A stretch of 63,475 nt of DNA, the filler included, from Octopus bimaculoides (lineage: Eukaryota), in assembly GCF_001194135.2 (NCBI RefSeq). It is 4 parts of 4 records of this genome, joined end to end, with 100 filler letters (N's around TTAATTAATTAA, not from the genome) between each part and the next. Parts side by side here need not be neighbours in the genome. Positions count along the whole stretch, not along the records: positions 30,125 to 50,048 come from NC_068990.1; positions 50,149 to 63,475 come from NC_069008.1; 2 more parts are not named here. One strand, 5' to 3'. The translations under genes were made by a program, and so were the position numbers. Positions 38,202-50,972 of this stretch are shown here, piece after piece. Within the stretch, counting starts at the first letter, position 1. Every line of letters begins with the position of its first letter. Under the pieces are notes generated by a model. It did not search any database. It was not told where the DNA came from and was given only the letters and a program-made list of their open reading frames with translations.

Positions 38202-40076
38202 AAACTAATTTATTCAATTATGCTAATCATCTGAACAACATCGCTAATGTTCTTTTGAGAAAAGGCATGAACGTCATCCAACCTGGTTTTTCTTTTCTCG
38301 AAACATCATATTTATGCCAAAAAATCGATATTTTTAATGTTACAATGATATATTTTTGTGCAGGGAATGTAATTCATATCGGAGTTGTGAAACTCTTCTC
38401 AACCAGGATTCCGACAGCTGTCTATTTATAAATGGAAACATTCTGTGCCTGAATAAAAATGTTACCTTTAAAGTAGATACTTAAGACAGCTTGGTAATTT
38501 GTTATATTTGTATATACTACATCTCACAAAACACGGAAACAGTTTCTAAACGAAATAGAGAACAACATGATGAAGGTTGGAGGGAGAAAAAAGTAGACGT
38601 TGTTAAGTGGATATGCGGGGAAGAAAAAAAAAAGATGACTACGGAGAGATTTGGCTTGAAGACTCGATATGAGAACGAAATGCATAAATCACTTCAGATT
38701 AATACTGTTATTGCTATTTCTTACCATCTGATATTTGGAACCAAGAAAATCTCCTTATAAAAACTTTCATTTCATCATTTCTATGAAAAAGCTTTGACGA
38801 TCTCACCAAGCACGCCATCGGCTAGAATATACAAGCACGCCAAGAACGATCAAGAAAAGACAGAGATATAGAGAAAGACAAGAAGAGATGGAAAAAGAAA
38901 AAAAAATACAAAAACGAAATCATTAGATTTTCTCTGATATTACACGATTTCAATTTACTACTTATTTGGGAGTTTAGGAGAAAAACTAAGTATGTTTAAA
39001 TAGATTGGGTATTGTCTGTCAGTAGTATACTTGTGTAAATGATTATACTGATGTTCAAACTGTGTCTTCTTTGTAAACATTTATCAGATGTTAATATGCC
39101 AAAAGAGAGAGCTATCTAAAGTATTAAAGGAATATAAAGAATGAATGAATAACTATGAAATGATATTATTGAAGAATATTCAAATAGATTTCATTTTCTG
39201 TTTCACATTGGTTCTACTAATAATATGGCTGATATTAAAAAAAGTATATGAAATAGGTGTTTATAATCTGAGAAAGGTGAGTCTATTTATCAAAGTAACT
39301 AGAAGGGAATCGAATAATAGCTTAGAATGAAATAAAGCCGATAGTCTGCTGTCACTTGACTAAAAAGTGATGTATTGCTAAAGTGAAACAAGATAAAAAC
39401 AATTTATGAAGGAATAACAGAAGAACAGTGAAATAAAACTTGAAATGAGAAACCTTAAGAAAAGAAAGAGCGAAAGTTTGAAGCGTAGATATCTGAAAAG
39501 ACTATGGTAGCAGGGGACAAAGAAATAGGAAGAAGATATACTAAACGTGCCGATGCAAGATCTCACTAGTTACCCCAGATTTCGAATTTTACAGCCACTT
39601 TGCTGCTGTTTCGCCCCAAGTCAGTTCTTACCGAACACCTTGCTTTCATTCTTTCGGGGTCAATAAAATAAGTACTTGTGTGCTGGTGTCGACTAATCCT
39701 CCGCTTCCCAAAATTTCATGCCTTCTACCTATAACAGAAAGAATTCTGGTCATAATCACTGTCTGATTTAGGATACAGTATCTGCTTTGAAGGAGATTTC
39801 AATGCTATTTTTGGCAGATGAGCGACCAAGTACAGAGTCGCACATTACATACTTGCTTAGAGGCATTTTGTTTGCCTCCACATTCTGAGTTCACCTTTCC
39901 GAGGTCGTTACCTTTCGTCCATTCGGGGCTGATGAAATAAGTACCAGACGAGTACTGGAGTCGACGTAACTGACTTACTCCCTACCCGAACTTGCTGACC
40001 TTGTGTCAAACTTTGAAACCAATATAGTTAAAGCATACATATATAAATGAAATATCCTCATAGCAGAGTTAATAGT

Positions 40077-40440
40077 AGTGGCACTCCGTCGGTTACGACA
40101 ATGAGGGTTCCAGTTGATCCGATCAGCGGAACAGCCTGCTCATGAAATTAACGTACAAGTGGCTGAGCACTCCACAGACACGTGTACCCTTAACATTGTT
40201 CTCGGGGGGATTCAACATGAGGCAGAGTGTAACAAAGCTGGCCCTTTGAAATACAGGTACAGCAGAAACAGGAAGAAGGAGTGAGAGCAAGTTATGTGAA
40301 AGACTACAGCAGGGTTCGCCACTACCCCTGCTGGAGTCGCATGGAACTTTAGGTGTTTTCGCTTAATAAACACTCATAACGCCCAGTCTGGGAATCGAAA
40401 CCGCGATCCTACGACCGCGTGTCTACCGGGCCATTGTGCA
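40077..40440 (-). mobile_element. Second SINE family copy
   Basis: Collinear with 27346-27722. Confidence 0.75.
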
Positions 40441-40919
40441 CCCAGAGGTAAAAGTAATCATATAAAAAAACACGTCAGTATTTAAAATATCGAGTGATTA
40501 TGTGATTGACCGGACAATCGGATGTTGATATACATCGCTGGTCAGAATGTTTTTTGCATTGTATTAGCTTTTGAACGATGCCACTGGCTGGCTGGGTGAA
40601 CAGGCCAACATTCTTCCTGATCTGAAGGCTATTCCATTACAGGGTTATCCATTTACAGTTGAGTGGACTGGAGCAAAGTGAAACGTAATATTTTGTTCAA
40701 GAACATGATGTGCAGCCAGTCTGGGAATCGAAACCATGCTCTTACGATCGCGAGTGCAACACACCCAACCTCAAAGGCCACGTGCCTTCCCATTTAAAAT
40801 ATATAGTTGCTTAAACAAGAAAATTATGAAAGGAAAAGAGAAGGGATTAAAAAAGAGATAGAGAAAGAAGTTGAGAGGCGAAAAATAAGTTAAATTCGTG
40901 TATACGTAGATATGAATGT

Positions 40920-41850
40920 TTTACTCGTTTCTGTCAATAAACTGCGGCCAAGCTGGGGCACCACCTTGAAGAATTTTTAGTTGAATTAATCGAACCCATT
41001 GCTTAATTTTTTTTTTTTTTGCTAAGCCTGGTATTTAATCTATCAGTCTCTTTTGCGAAACAACTAAGTAATGGGGATTTAAACGCACCAGTACCAGTTA
41101 TCAAACGGTGGAGAGGCGACAAACACACACACACACACGCACACACATCACTGGCTACTTTCAGTTTTTGTCTACCAAATATATACTCATAAGGCTTGGT
41201 GATGGAACGGGGGTGAGGCTAAAGTAGAAGACACTTGCAAAAGGTGCCACGCAGAGGGACTGAACCCAAAACCATGTGGTTGGGAAGCAAGCTTCTTACA
41301 ACACAGCCATGCCAGCGCCTACTTGTTTCAGTCATTTGACTGCGACCATGCTGGGGCACCGTCTTAAGTTTTTAGTTCAATGAATCATCCCCAGAACTTT
41401 CTTTTTAAAGCCTGTTATTTATTCTATCGACCTGTTTTGTCGAATTGCTAAGTTACAAGGACGCAAACACACCAACACCAGTTGTCAAGAAATGGTGCGT
41501 GTGTGGGGACAATCGCGGACACAAAGATACACACACACACACACACACATACATATATATNNNNNNNNNNNNNNNNNNNNNNNNNNNNATTAATATTTCT
41601 AAGTCTCTCTAAAGGAGACTACGGCAGCGGTACTGGAAATTAATAGTTATCGCCAATATGGCGATAACTATTAATATATATATATATATATATATATGAC
41701 GGGCTTCTCTCTTGTGTGTACTCACAAGGCTTTTATGGGTCTGAGGCTGAAGTAGAAGACATTTACTCAAGGCGCCTCGCTGTTGGACTGAACCTGGAAT
41801 CGTGTGGTTGGGAAACAAGCTTCTTAGCACACAGCTACACCTGCGTCTAT
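40920..41850 (-). mobile_element. Two tandem dimeric SINE copies
   Basis: gtttc.gtca...gactgaacc...acagc.a.cc occurs twice. Confidence 0.7.
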
Positions 41851-41890
41851 ATATGATAAGTTTTGTAATACATTAGGTGATAGTATAAGA

Positions 41891-42530
41891 CAGTGGTTCC
41901 CAACTTTTTCACTACCAAGGACTCCTTTTATTTAAATGAGTTTTCCCATGGACCCACGGATATTCTTTTCTACTCTAGGCACAAGGCCCGAAATTTTTGG
42001 AGAGGTGGGCAGATTAGATCGACTTAATTTATCGACTCCGAAAGGATGAAAGGCAAAGTTGACCTCAGTGGAATTTGAAATCAGAATGTAAAGGCAGACG
42101 AAATACCGCTAAGCAGTTCGCCCGGCATGCTAATGTTTCTTATTTCTTTACTGCCCACAAGGGGCTAAACATAGAGGGGACAAACAAGGACAGACAGAGG
42201 GATTAAGTTGATTACATCGACCCCATTGCGTAAATGGTACTTAATTTATCGACCCCGAAAGGATGAAATGCAAAGTCGACCTTGGCGGAATTCGAACTCA
42301 GAACGTAAAGACAGACGAAATANNNNNNNNNNCTTGGCGGAATTCGAACTCAGAACGTAAAGACAGACGAAATACCGCTAAGCATTTCGCCCGGCGTGCT
42401 GACGTTTCTGCCAGCTCACCGCCTTGGATACCAGGATATTGAAAGGTCTGTTAGCTTAACGTATTCACGGACTTCCAGTACTACCTTTGGGAACCACCAG
42501 GGTTCCGCGGACCACAGGTTGGGAAGACTC
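41891..42530. mobile_element. hAT-like MITE interrupted by SINE insertions
   Basis: Starts cagtggttcccaact; degenerate inverse end caggttgggaagactc; no TSD seen. Confidence 0.5.
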
Positions 42531-42729
42531 CGTTTTCAGGTATCCAGGACAAATCATGTTGGTAGAGCTTACCACAGTACCAAATATCTCTGTCAGAACT
42601 AAAAGGAGAACTGTATAGTAGAGACAGTTGAAAATGTCACTGTGTTGCAGCTGCTTGCTACAGTGGTGAGTAGTTTCTTCTCAATACTTATAGCTTGATG
42701 GAGTGAGGTATTTGAAGGTTAAATGTTTT

Positions 42730-43415
42730 GGGCATCGATACAGATCTGGGACGTTTACAATTGGATGAATGTTTTATGTCATGATGTGGGGTGCTTTCTT
42801 GAACAGAAGAACTATAGAACTTCAGGTTGTGCGGGAGCGTCAAACAGCAGCTGACTATTTGGTGTGTTGGGGCGGGCATCACTCTTGATTGAAAGTCCTT
42901 GTTTTATGTGGAGAAGACTGGATTTATTAATAATGCTACAATCCAGAATGCTCGCTGGCCAAAGGATTACTTCAGAATAAATAACGTTCATCTTTTGAAT
43001 CATTCTCCAAGTTCTGACTTAAACTCCACCGAAAATCTTTGGGGATGGATGACGAGTGGCGTTTGTAAAAATGGAACAGAATTTGAGACTGTGGATGCTC
43101 TTCTCCAGTCACCTCCTGGTGTAACATTCCAGACAGCCTCTTGCAAACGCTTGAACTATTGAACCCCCTTGTTTACTATTTATTCATTATTCTCATTTGT
43201 TATTTGTCTTGGTCTTAAACTTGTGACCGAGCAAAATATTGTTAGTTTTCATGCGATGCTTATTTTGTGCATTAAATGTTAAACATTTCTTTAAGTTTTT
43301 GTATATCTTTTTCTATTTGCCAATAATGAATCTATAATGAGAAATAGTCAACTATATCGGTCTGCAATTCACTTTGACAGTTTTTTCTCTGGTCTTAAGA
43401 TTTTCTCCAGCAGTG
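42730..43415 (+). mobile_element. Tc1/Tc3-like transposase 3' remnant with right TIR
   Basis: MMWGAF..., NNATIQNARW..., SSDLNSTENLWGW (SPDLNPIENLW-like); ends ttaagattttctccagcagtg. Confidence 0.7.
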
Positions 43416-44049
43416 CACATATGATTATGATTTTAACAAAAACGAGCTAAGAAAAGTAAGTCCAAGATGCCAGTCGTGTGTATTTGAAAATCATTGCTAA
43501 TTACTGGTACATCAAATACCATACAACAAAAATACTTGATTTATTAGAATTATCTCCACCTCTTGAGGATGTATTATAATTAACAAATAGCAATTAAGAC
43601 CAGCTCCACATAAGCAAGGGATATAATCTCAATATTCAGTACAACAAAGCTGACATATCATTAAAGAAAAGGACAGGTTTATTGTCAGGGGATAAGAGGA
43701 CAGTCGTGGACACTTGTATCTGGCTCAATAACCTTCATGAGCACAACAATTGTCTGGCCTTATCTCCAGAAGCTAAAGGAGTTAGTCATACATATAACAG
43801 AAGAGAAAACATCTGTGGCTATTCATAATACTAATGAATGTTTATTTACCATTTTTCTATATACTGGTTGCGACAAATTTTATCAAAGCATGAGTTTGGT
43901 TGTGTACAAGACATTGACAAGGCTCAAGAAGGCTGAAATGCATCTGGCATTCTCACTGGCCACTGCTGGGATGAATTTTGTCTCCCTTGAAATTTGCCTT
44001 TCAACAATATACACTTACATTAAATACGATACATACATACATACAAACA

Positions 44050-44278
44050 TATACTCTTTTACTTGTTTCAGTCATTTGACTGTGGCCATGGTGGAGCACG
44101 GCCTTTAGTCGAAGAAATCGACCCCAGAACTTATTCTTTGTAAGCCGAGTACTTATTCTATTGGTCACTTTTGCCAAACCGCTAAGTTACGGGGACGTAA
44201 ACACACCAGCACCAGTTGTCAAGCGATGTTGGGGGGACAAACACAGACACACAAACATATACACACACATATACATAC

Positions 44279-44339
<61 letters not shown>

Positions 44340-44340
44340 N
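44050..44340 (-). mobile_element. Dimeric SINE 3' half running into an N gap
   Basis: Matches the other copies. Confidence 0.75.
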
Positions 44341-46029
44341 NNNNNNNNNNNNNNNNNNNNNNNNNNNNNNNNNNNNNNNNNNNNNNNNNNNNNNNNNNNN
44401 NNNNNNNNNNNNNNNNNNNNNNNNNNNNNNNNNNNNNNNNNNNNNNNNNNNNNNNNNNNNNNNNNNNNNNNNNNNNNNNNNNNNNNNNNNNNNNNNNNNN
44501 NNNNNNNNNNNNNNNNNNNNNNNNNNNNNNNNNNNNNNNNNNNNNNNNNNNNNNNNNNNNNNNNNNNNNNNNNNNNNNNNNNNNNNNNNNNNNNNNNNNN
44601 NNNNNNNNNNNNNNNNNNNNNNNNNNNNNNNNNNNNNNNNNNNNNNNNNNNNNNNNNNNNNNNNNNNNNNNNNNNNNNNNNNTATATATATATATATATA
44701 TGCATGAGTGTATAGTTATATGTGTTTTGTTTTATGTATCATTAAGCTGTCTTTCACTGCTCTATATCTCTTGGTATACTGGGAAAGAGGATGTAGTGAA
44801 AAATATCCTTGGTAAAATGTAAAAACTGTAAAATTCTTCCTGTAGCTGGTGATTTAATGCTGTTCAAGATGACCATCAGTCACACCGGTTTCATCTGAGC
44901 ACAGCAAAGAACATGAGTAAATTTCTGTTCTCTAGAGAATACCAATAAAAACATAAAACTTCAGGATAGAAATCTCAGATATGAGGTAAAATTTAAGTGT
45001 GATTGCTAAACCAGAGATCAATCTTGCATTACAAACGTATCTTGTTGGGAACTTTATTCTACTTTACTACTCACATAAATGTAATATTGTGAAATAAGTA
45101 GGAAATATATGCAGAATAATTATTACACAATTAGCACCATAAATATATCAGCTATGCATATTATCAATCAATTTGTGTTGAAATGATGATTAAACAAATT
45201 ATATGACAATAGCCTGAGGTAAATAGTAGCACTTATAATTATCGTGTTGTTATTATTATTATTATTAGTAAACTGTCATGTGTTTGCAGGAAATTACTTT
45301 TTGAAACCAAAGTATTCGGTAGATGAAGAGATGACGATAATACATTCTAGCCAATGAAATGTTGCAGTTTCATATGGTTTCTAATTAATTAATAAACTTG
45401 AATGTTTAGAAATATTATGAAATTAATTATTTCTTGGGTGGATGATGAGATGATGATGTCAATGATAATGATAACAATACATGGACATAATTTGATCAAA
45501 GCTTTTATATTGGCTCAGAGCTGAACCGAAATCTTACTCTAGATACTGTTGTTGTTCTTGCTGTTGTTGTCATTGCCTTCATTATCTTCGTGGTCTTCCT
45601 AATCAATGTTGTCAACATGATGATCATTTTTATCATGACCATAAAAACACCACAATCATCATCATCATCATTTCACATTTATCATGGTTTGAGAATTAAG
45701 GACAACAAGTTTCCTCGTTTTGAGGACTTTTGCTTATGGTTCATGCAGAATAAAGGATAGCAGAGTTCTGCAATTCTATTATCTGGTTTTCAATTCCGGC
45801 ATGTCTCCTTTCTTAATCTCTTCAATAGCTATATTTGTGTTCTTAGACAATAGAGATAATCTTTCACAGCAATATCCTATAGTTTTATCAGTTCTCTAGT
45901 TAAAGCCAATTTCCATCCAAAGTTAAAAGAAGCACTGAAAGATACGTTGGGTAATATCCACTTGATTAAGAAAAGTAGGGCTTAGGGTATCATCAACTGT
46001 ATGCTGAGGAAGGAAGACTCAGCCAAAAC

Positions 46030-46330
46030 AAAATGAAATAGATATATTTCCATTCATACACTTGTGACCCCAGTATATGGGACAGAGAAACACAAGAGTC
46101 ATGATTAAGAGCATTGGAAACATTGGATCTGTGGCTATTCATCACATTTGTATTACAGTATGGGTGGGTGGTTAGTGCAGGAATGAGGAAAAATGACATG
46201 TGGTTAAGAGGGAAGAAGATGTATTTACAACTATCAATGATCTGCAATGGCCACATGGTCATATCATCAGAGCTGTGCCCAGTTAAGGGTGTTAAGACAA
46301 AGGACATGAGACTGATGGGGCAAGATAAAA
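46030..46330 (+). mobile_element. Decayed LINE (RTE/CR1-like) RT C-terminal fragment
   Basis: Frameshifted pieces ALETLDLWLF...WV...RNEEK...FTTINDLQWPHGHIIR resemble the LE.W...W...NE....I..R.L.W.GHIIR pattern. Confidence 0.5.
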
Positions 46331-46339
46331 GGCTTAACT

Positions 46340-47260
46340 GTTACTCTTTACTTGTGAGCGAATTTAGCAGACGGAAACTGAAAGAAGCCCGTCGTATATA
46401 TGTATATATGTATGTGTGTGTCTGTGTTTGTCCTCCACAACATCGCTTGACAACTGATGCAGGTGTGTTTACGTCCCCGTAACTTAGTGGTTCGGCAAAA
46501 GAGACGATAGAATAAGTACTAGGCTTCCAAAGAATAAGTCCTGGGGTCAATTTGTTCGACTAAAGGTGGTGCTCCAGCATGGCCGCAGTCAAATGACTGA
46601 AACCAGTAAAAGAGTAAAAGAGTATTGTTGTTGTTGTTGTTGTTTTTGAAGGTGCCAAGCTGGCAGAATAGATTAAGCATGGGGAAAATGCTTTACAGTA
46701 TTTCTTCCATCTACTGTACCATCGAGTGGTTTTCCTAGTGTCCCATCGTCCTTGAGATACTAATGAAAGTGACATAACTACAAAAGTCTTCAATTTTATC
46801 AAGCAACAGAATGATAAATATAATTGAATTAGTAGACTGTGATATCACGCCAGTTAAAATTTCTTGAGTAGATCATTTAATACAAATATTTACAATTTCT
46901 CTGTATTCACAACTCAAGTTATTGTGTTTCATTTCATTATTGTGCTCCATTTTATCAGTTTTCTCATGGGATAATAAAAGTTAGTTGTAAGCTTCCCAAG
47001 CATGTGGTTTCAAGTTCAGTCTCGCTGCATGACACCTTGGACAAATGTCTGCTGCTATAGCCCCAGACCACAAAGCCTTGTGGGTGGATTTGGTAGATGG
47101 AAAACTGAAAGCCAGTAGAGTGTGTGTGTATGTTTGTGTGTGTGCACGTGTGTGTGTGCATGTGTGTTTCTGTTTGTCCACCACCACTACTTGACAACTG
47201 GTGTCTGTTTGTTTATGTCCCCCTAATTTAGTTGTTCCATAAAAGAGAATGATAGAATCA
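46340..47260 (+). mobile_element. Two plus-strand dimeric SINE copies (46340-46620, 46985-47260)
   Basis: Match the SINE consensus seen elsewhere in the window. Confidence 0.7.
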
Positions 47261-47304
47261 TGTCTGATAAGTTCATCATCATCAATTCATTGTTATCAAT
47301 TCAT

Positions 47305-47717
47305 TACTCTTTACTCTCTTTTTACTCTTTTACTTGTTTCAGTCATTTGACTGCAGCCATGCTGGAGCACCACCTTTAGTCGAGAAAATCGACCCCAGGA
47401 CTTATTCTTTGTAAGCCTAGTACTTATTCTATCGGTCTCTTTTTGCCGAACCGCTAAGTTACGGGGACGTAAACACACCCGCATCGGTTGTCAAGCGATG
47501 GTGGGGGGGGACAAACACACATACATAAATATATATATATATACATATATACGACAGGCTTCTTTCAGTTTCCGTCTACCAAATCCACTCACAAGGCTTT
47601 GGTCGACCCGAGGCTATAGTAGAAGACACTTGCCCAAGGTGCCACGCAGTGGGACTGAACCTGGAACCATGTGGTTGGTAAGCAAGCTACTTACCACACA
47701 GCCACTCCTACGCCTAC
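47305..47717 (-). mobile_element. Full-length, near-consensus dimeric SINE
   Basis: Both halves; head aggagtggctgtgtggtaagtagc at the right end. Confidence 0.85.
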
Positions 47718-48812
47718 GCATTGTTTTTTTTTTTTCTTTCAGTAAAACAGTTTTTAACTATTAATGGTGAGATACTAGGAATATTTTTTCTTGGTAAACT
47801 TTCCTCACGGTGAACTTACCTCATGGCAAACTTTCTTCATGGTGAATTGATGGCGTTGAACTTTCCCTGTGGTGAACTTACCTGTAATTGATAGAACAAC
47901 TACCTGGGTTAAAAAATAAGTACATGGGTTGATATGTTTGACTAAGCATTTCAAGGCAGTGCTCCAGTTTGGTTGAAGTCCACTGACTGAAACGAGTAAA
48001 AGATCAAGAAATTAGAAATGTGAACCACTGAGATTTGAAACCTGATTGTAGACGCAATTCAATGATAACCCAACTGCTGCAATATGATGAAATATGCCAC
48101 ATTGAGGGACAATACCGAGACATCATTGTGTGTCTTTGAAGTAAGTAATCAGCAGATTACACACTGAAAACAAGGAAAGGAAATTGAAGAAATACCCTTT
48201 CCCGCCCATTCCCTCTTTGTTTCTCTCTGTATATCTCCTGGTATTTATGCGTATAATATTGAAGATTCCTCATTTTTGGTTAAAGTTTTATTGCTTGGCA
48301 TTTTCCCATGTTTTATGAAAGCTGAAAGCAGATCTTTGCACGTTAAGTGACTAATACTAATTCCAAGTTTCTCCAAAGAGATTATTCTTTAATGCTAAGC
48401 TTTCATATAATTATCTGCTGCTGGCATCACGGAATCTAACATTGATTACAAATGTTATTGTTATCACACATCGATTGATGTGAACATTGATCGAAGTCGA
48501 TTAGAAGATGAGAACAGATAAGACATTTTTTTTCCTTGTGATATTCTGCCACAGAAATTTGGAAATATACTTTCTCCAACTCCGCCTTTTCCTAATAATA
48601 ATGATTTCTTCAATTGAAGCAAGGCCACAAATTTGCAAGGGATGGGTAATTATTTTATCGACTGAAAGGATTTCAACTCAGAAAATATGGAGACAAATCT
48701 AGATGCTACTAAATGTACAACAGTGCTGGAGTGACATGATAAATATTTCTGCTGTTTTCTATGTAAAAATGATAAAGTATAAATTAAAAGAAAGATAGTA
48801 TAATGAAATTAA

Positions 48813-48852
<40 letters not shown>

Positions 48853-49269
48853 ACTCACACATAGTTCAAATTCACCACTATGCTCTTCAAAAAAAAAAAA
48901 AGGAAGGAGAAAGAAAAAAAGGAGAAAGAAAAAAAAGGAGAGTGAAAAACAATGTATTGGAAGTAACGGTTTATATGTATATGTAGTTTACAATTCTATT
49001 ATAGGTACAATCAACAAAAAAAGTTATTCGATACAGTGAGATATAAATATCATTTAATATACACAATTACAAAAGTTTCATGCTTTAATATACATTTAAT
49101 TAGCAGATTTACATAACATGTCATGTATCAGCAGATTGAGCTGCTAAATCTCAGACATTGGCATACATTTTGTTATATTATCCTGCAATTTTCTTTTCGT
49201 TCGTCTCATTCCATTTTTTACATCAACATACTCTGCCTTTTTCTTTCTTCTAATTTTTCTCTCATGTTT

Positions 49270-50048
49270 CCGCAACCATAGGATGAGTTTGATCAAATAA
49301 AATGCTTAAATAGTCTTGACTATTAATTCTGCAATGAAAGGAAACCATTGGGCCGGCAGATTTTTCAGATATAGCCCTCCCCCACCCAGATCATCACTGA
49401 TCCTCCTCCATGTTCAACTGTTGGAAGAAGGCAGTCTGGGTCAAATGCTTGTTTTGGCTCTCTCCACTCGTATACTCGGTTGGTGGTTGGAAATAAGGTA
49501 AAGGGTGACACATCCAAGAAAATAATATTTTTCCACTGCTCTTGGGACCAATTCTGTAGGTTTTTTACTCCAGTCCAAACTGGGTTCTTGAGGTGGTCAT
49601 TAAGCTCTGCAGTAATTTTGGGAGCTGTACTTTTTTGATCCTTTCTAACAATTCGTGTAAGAGTTTGACTGTCCCTATCTGAGTGTTTTGGTTTTCTTCA
49701 GGAGTTTTGTTTCAACAAGGAGGTTTTTACCTCTTTCTCAAAGGCTGTCATTTCTTTTGAGACAGTACTTCTTGATACACCAAATATTTCAGCTGTTTTC
49801 ATTACACTAGCACCTGCCATGAGCACCAAGAAGTTGACCTTTTTGAAAGTCTGATAGATTTGTCATTTTAATGAATTTTAATTACCTTTTTTTGATGATA
49901 TCTGAAAAGAAACAGCAAATTTAGCAAAACATATTAAGCAATAATAATAATAAAAAAAAGATAAAAATAAAGAAGCTTTTGACGGTTTTATAGATATTTC
50001 AAAATCCTGATGCTAGGATGCTAGGTTTTTCCATTATTTTGTCCATCC
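49270..50048 (-). mobile_element. Tc1-like element, 5' part (TIR + decayed transposase)
   Basis: ggatggacaaaataatggaaa end; AGASVMKTAEIFGVSRSTVSK HTH; RIVRKDQKSTAPKITAELNDHL; PKQAFDPDCLLPTVEHGGGSVMIW. Confidence 0.8.
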
Positions 50049-50148
50049 NNNNNNNNNNNNNNNNNNNNNNNNNNNNNNNNNNNNNNNNNNNNTTAATTAA
50101 TTAANNNNNNNNNNNNNNNNNNNNNNNNNNNNNNNNNNNNNNNNNNNN

Positions 50149-50521
50149 AAAGCACGTCCTCACACTCCTCAAGCTACGGTCCAAAAGTTGCAAAGCCTGA
50201 ATTATGAGATTTTGCAACATCCTCCCCATTTCCCTGATATCTCTCCGACTGATCATCACTTATTTAAGTATTTTGAGCTTTTCATAAGCAATAAAACATT
50301 CTTAAATAGAGAAGAGGTAATTGAACCATTCGGACAGTTTATCACAGCAAAAGATGAATTGTTTTTTTTAAAGATGGAATACATGACATAGAGAAACGTT
50401 GGGTAAACATCATAAATGAACATGGATCATACTTTGGTTCAATAAATCAGTTCTCTTCTAACACTTCTGAAACATTTTATTGTTACTTTTCAAATACGAC
50501 TTGTCATGTGAGACAACCTAA
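50149..50521 (+). mobile_element. mariner (DD34D) transposase 3' remnant with right TIR
   Basis: ARPHTPQATVQKLQSLNYEILQHPPHFPDISPTDHHLF; ends caacctaa followed by TA. Confidence 0.85.
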
Positions 50522-50972
50522 TAACTATGAGCATTTATTGAAGACAGGGTTAGTAGAAAGCGTAAGAACTACTACATGTAAGATACGTGTGCATGATTGA
50601 TCATTACAAACCAAAGTCACTACCTTTTTCCAACTCTGACGCAAGTATCTTTTATCTTTCATCTTTTACTTGTTTCAGTCATTAGAAAGTGGCCATGCTG
50701 GGTTATCGTCTTGAAGAATTTTTAGTCGAATGAATCAACCCAGTACTTTTTTGCTGAATAAAAGTAGAAGGGTGAGAAGTCATCTCACGGAGCAGAGCGA
50801 CATGGTCCCGTGTGGATTTCCGAATGACTTTGTTGGGTAACCTTAGTGCAATGGTTCAAAACTCGCTACAACACAAATAACTGTTTGTCTGCAACGCAGG
50901 TGATGTTGATTTAATTTCCAGGTAATACCAGTAACAATAACAACAACAAACTGCAATTCTTTATGAAAATAT

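Larger units (their letters stand above)
36497..39276 (+). pseudogene. Possible decayed multi-exon membrane-protein gene (exons 36497-36624, 38364-38472, 39088-39276)
   Basis: Phase-compatible splice sites (CGG|GTAAGT, tttttgtgcag|G, AAA|GTAGAT, tttatcag|A, AAG|GTGAGT); hydrophobic N-terminus, Cys-rich exon, TM-like segment; 3 in-frame stops. Confidence 0.3.

Noticed and set aside
42281-42372. Exact ~42-bp direct repeat flanking a 10-N gap
   Set aside because: Typical unmerged contig overlap within a SINE
44161-44822. Long ORFs in several frames (also 23267-23605 and 57885-58309)
   Set aside because: Length comes from N runs and SINE or (TA)n sequence
43810-46140. Shared 16-mer atctgtggctattcat at ~43812 and ~46126
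   Set aside because: Flanks do not align, and the second site lies in a LINE remnant; probably chance
49316-49501. Plus-strand exon-like segment with acceptor and donor
   Set aside because: Better explained as the antisense of a Tc1 DDE region (PTVEHGGGSVMIW on the minus strand)
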